NCBI GenBank assembly: GCA_043812655.1
Contig: JBDRLW010000003.1
Location: 47,580 to 111,579, forward strand
DNA from: a bacterium
GTDB taxonomy: Bacteria > Margulisbacteria > WOR-1 > O2-12-FULL-45-9 > XYB2-FULL-48-7
Reading direction: 5' to 3'
DNA: 64,000 nucleotides
How positions within the stretch are numbered: position 1 is the stretch's first letter; each line of letters starts with the position of its first letter. The notes below the pieces were generated by a model. It had not been told where the DNA came from, made no database searches, and was given only the letters and a program-made list of their open reading frames with translations. A program made the position numbers and the translations under genes. Below, in pieces: positions 61,716 to 64,000 of this stretch.

Positions 61716-62774
61716 ATGTTCCTCGACAAACTCGTTAACGTCGAAAAAAGATACATCGAACTTGAAAATCTCTTGGGCTCCTCCGAAATTATAGCCGACC
61801 GCGCCAAATTCACCGGCTATTCCAAGGAATTAAGCACGCTCAAAGAAGTCGTGGGAAAATACCGGGAATATAAAAAGATAGTCCGCGAATTTGAAGACAC
61901 CGAAGGGATGATGGAAGAAGAAGGGATGAAGGAGCTGGCCGAAGTTGAGCTTGAAGAATTAAAAGGAGCCAAAGCCGCTCTCACCAAAGAGCTTGAAGTC
62001 ATGCTAATGCCCAAAGACCCGTTTGACGAAAAGAACGTCATTATGGAGATCAGGGCCGGGACTGGCGGCGATGAAGCCGCCCTTTTCGCCGGCGAACTCT
62101 TCCGCATGTATTTGCGCTACGCTGAACGCCGCCATTGGCAGACAGAAGTTATTGATTCTAACCCAACCGGCCTTGGCGGCTACAAAGAAGCTGTTTTTAC
62201 CATTATTGGTAAAGGAGCATACAGCAAATTGAAATATGAAAGCGGCACCCACCGGGTCCAGCGCGTTCCTAAAACCGAAGCTTCTGGCCGGATCCATACC
62301 TCCGCCGCCACTGTTGCCGTCCTTCCAGAAGCGGAAGATGTTGACATCCATATTGAAGACAAAGACCTGGAGTTTGAAGCCTTCAGGGCTGGCGGAGCTG
62401 GCGGGCAGAACGTTAATAAAGTTTCGTCAGCCGTCAGGATAACCCATATACCAACTGGTACCGTTGTTGAATGCCGGGAAGAACGCTCGCAATTGCAAAA
62501 CCGCGAAAAAGCGATGAAACTCTTACGCTCCCGGTTGCTCCAAGTAGCCGAAGAAAAAGAACGTTCGCAAAGGGAAAAAACCAGGAAGATCATGGTCGGC
62601 TCCGGCGACCGCTCGGAAAAGATCAGGACTTACAACTTCCCCCAAAATCGAATTACCGACCATCGGATCGGTTATACCAACCACCAGTTAAATAACTTTA
62701 TGGATGGGGATATCGAAGAATTGCTTGACGCCCTAGGAGCCGCCGACCGCGCCGCCAAGCTCGCTAATGACTGA
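61716..62774 (+). CDS. prfA: Peptide chain release factor 1
   Basis: PKT recognition motif, GGQ, RSEKIRTYNFPQ. Confidence 0.97.
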   Translation: MFLDKLVNVEKRYIELENLLGSSEIIADRAKFTGYSKELSTLKEVVGKYREYKKIVREFEDTEGMMEEEGMKELAEVELEELKGAKAALTKELEVMLMPKDPFDEKNVIMEIRAGTGGDEAALFAGELFRMYLRYAERRHWQTEVIDSNPTGLGGYKEAVFTIIGKGAYSKLKYESGTHRVQRVPKTEASGRIHTSAATVAVLPEAEDVDIHIEDKDLEFEAFRAGGAGGQNVNKVSSAVRITHIPTGTVVECREERSQLQNREKAMKLLRSRLLQVAEEKERSQREKTRKIMVGSGDRSEKIRTYNFPQNRITDHRIGYTNHQLNNFMDGDIEELLDALGAADRAAKLAND

Positions 62775-63492
62775 AGAGTCGAGGCTCGACGCTGAACACC
62801 TGATCGCCCACGCGTTTAAGATCAGCCGGACCGAAGTCATAACCCGGCACCAAAAACTTATAGAAACCATTGCCCGGCGGCTTGATGATGAACCGCTCGC
62901 TTATATTATCGGCAGCCAACCATTCTTAGGCCTGGATTTTATCGTTAACAAAAACGTCCTCATCCCCCGCCCCGAAACCGAATTATTAGTCGAAACCGTC
63001 TTGCGATTCACGACTCACGATTCACGACTCACGATCGCCGACGTGGGAACCGGCTCCGGTTGTATCGCCGTTAGTTTAGCGAGCGCTCTGCCAAATGCCA
63101 AGCTCTTTGCTATTGATTCAGTAAAAGAAGCGCTTGAGATTGCCAAAATAAATGCCGCTAAACATAAAGTATCAAAACAGATCAAGTTTTTACAAGGAGA
63201 CCTGCTAACACCGCTCCAGGAAAAAGTAGATATAATTGTTTCTAATCCACCTTATGTCCCGACAGAAGAAATTAACAATGATTGGGAACCGCGCGGCGCC
63301 CTTGACGGAGGCAAAGATGGATTGGACCATATTAGACGGCTTATAAAAGAAGCGCCAAACTATCTTAAACCAAACGGCAAACTTTTTTTTGAATTTGGCT
63401 TTGGCCAAACCGACAAGATCAGGGAATTAACCAAAAACAAAGGAACGATCATTAAAGATTACGCAAATATTCCGAGGATCATTTATTTATAA
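62767..63492 (+). CDS. prmC: Release factor glutamine methyltransferase
   Basis: EPLAYI, LIPRPETE, DVGTGSG, SNPPY motifs. Confidence 0.93.
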   Translation: MTEESRLDAEHLIAHAFKISRTEVITRHQKLIETIARRLDDEPLAYIIGSQPFLGLDFIVNKNVLIPRPETELLVETVLRFTTHDSRLTIADVGTGSGCIAVSLASALPNAKLFAIDSVKEALEIAKINAAKHKVSKQIKFLQGDLLTPLQEKVDIIVSNPPYVPTEEINNDWEPRGALDGGKDGLDHIRRLIKEAPNYLKPNGKLFFEFGFGQTDKIRELTKNKGTIIKDYANIPRIIYL

Positions 63493-64000
63493 AGAACGCC
63501 CCGGTGATCTTTTCCTGGCCATAAACAAGAATGTAGCGATAAAACCCACGACCAAGCTCTACGCCGGCATCGGATATTAACGATAAAGAGATATCGTTTT
63601 TCCCGACATTAATTGAAGGTATCTTTATATGTTTAACCTGGATATTATCCTTAGTAATATACAGGTCGGCATCTCCCAAGCCGGACGATTGGAATTCTAA
63701 ATTAACTTTTGCCGGCTGTCCTGGCCGCCCGGGAGTAATGGTAGTTGTCGGAACTTTCACTTCCGCTTTACTCTCATACATTAAACCGGTTATGCTGGCG
63801 TCAAAATCACCCCGTGAATCTGTCCCGGTTATATACAACTTATATGGCATGTTCGCGTTCAGATCTGCCGTCGGAGTGACATCAAAAGAGGTAGAGGTAA
63901 AAGTTGAAGTGATCGTATGTAATGTAGCTGGGACCGTTTCCGGGATTCGATCCCATTTCACGGTCAAGGCGCTGATCGGATAACTTGGCGAATTGATCGT
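63479..64000 (-). CDS. C-terminal part of a beta-rich (Ig-like) probable surface protein
   Basis: Frame stays open to the window end; Thr-rich beta-strand composition. Confidence 0.55.
   Translation of the reverse strand, partial: TINSPSYPISALTVKWDRIPETVPATLHTITSTFTSTSFDVTPTADLNANMPYKLYITGTDSRGDFDASITGLMYESKAEVKVPTTTITPGRPGQPAKVNLEFQSSGLGDADLYITKDNIQVKHIKIPSINVGKNDISLSLISDAGVELGRGFYRYILVYGQEKITGAFFINK

Overview
Bacterial chromosomal window of moderate GC. The lineage cannot be assigned from sequence alone; the gene content would fit an uncultured diderm such as Saganbacteria/WOR-1 (inference). Housekeeping genes: carAB, ispE, rpsT, accDA, rho, murF, pyrK/pyrD, tatD, bioCHBFDA, queH, rpmE-prfA-prmC. 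Accessory content: two AbiEii-type TA pairs, a trehalose/osmostress cluster, a flagellar-type export cluster (fliK-like to flhA plus a short FliA-like sigma) and a surface-glycan cluster. The most striking feature is a set of nested ('Russian-doll') tRNA loci. At tRNA-Val(GAC), tRNA-Leu(CAG) and tRNA-Leu(GAG), an outer tRNA sequence is split by several small palindromic inserts, and one insert carries an intact tRNA gene inside an inverted repeat. For Val, the spliced-together outer copy is 74/74 identical to the inner gene. Inserts recur at equivalent tRNA positions (9-11, D-loop, 30/31, T-loop). The window also holds other families of miniature palindromes, two candidate mobiliser cassettes (a Y1 HUH TnpA and a DUF559 nuclease, each bounded by inverted REP units), and in-frame REP or heptamer-repeat inserts in many housekeeping genes. 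Regulatory candidates include a leader-peptide attenuator for carA and a sigma28-like motif in front of orphan genes.
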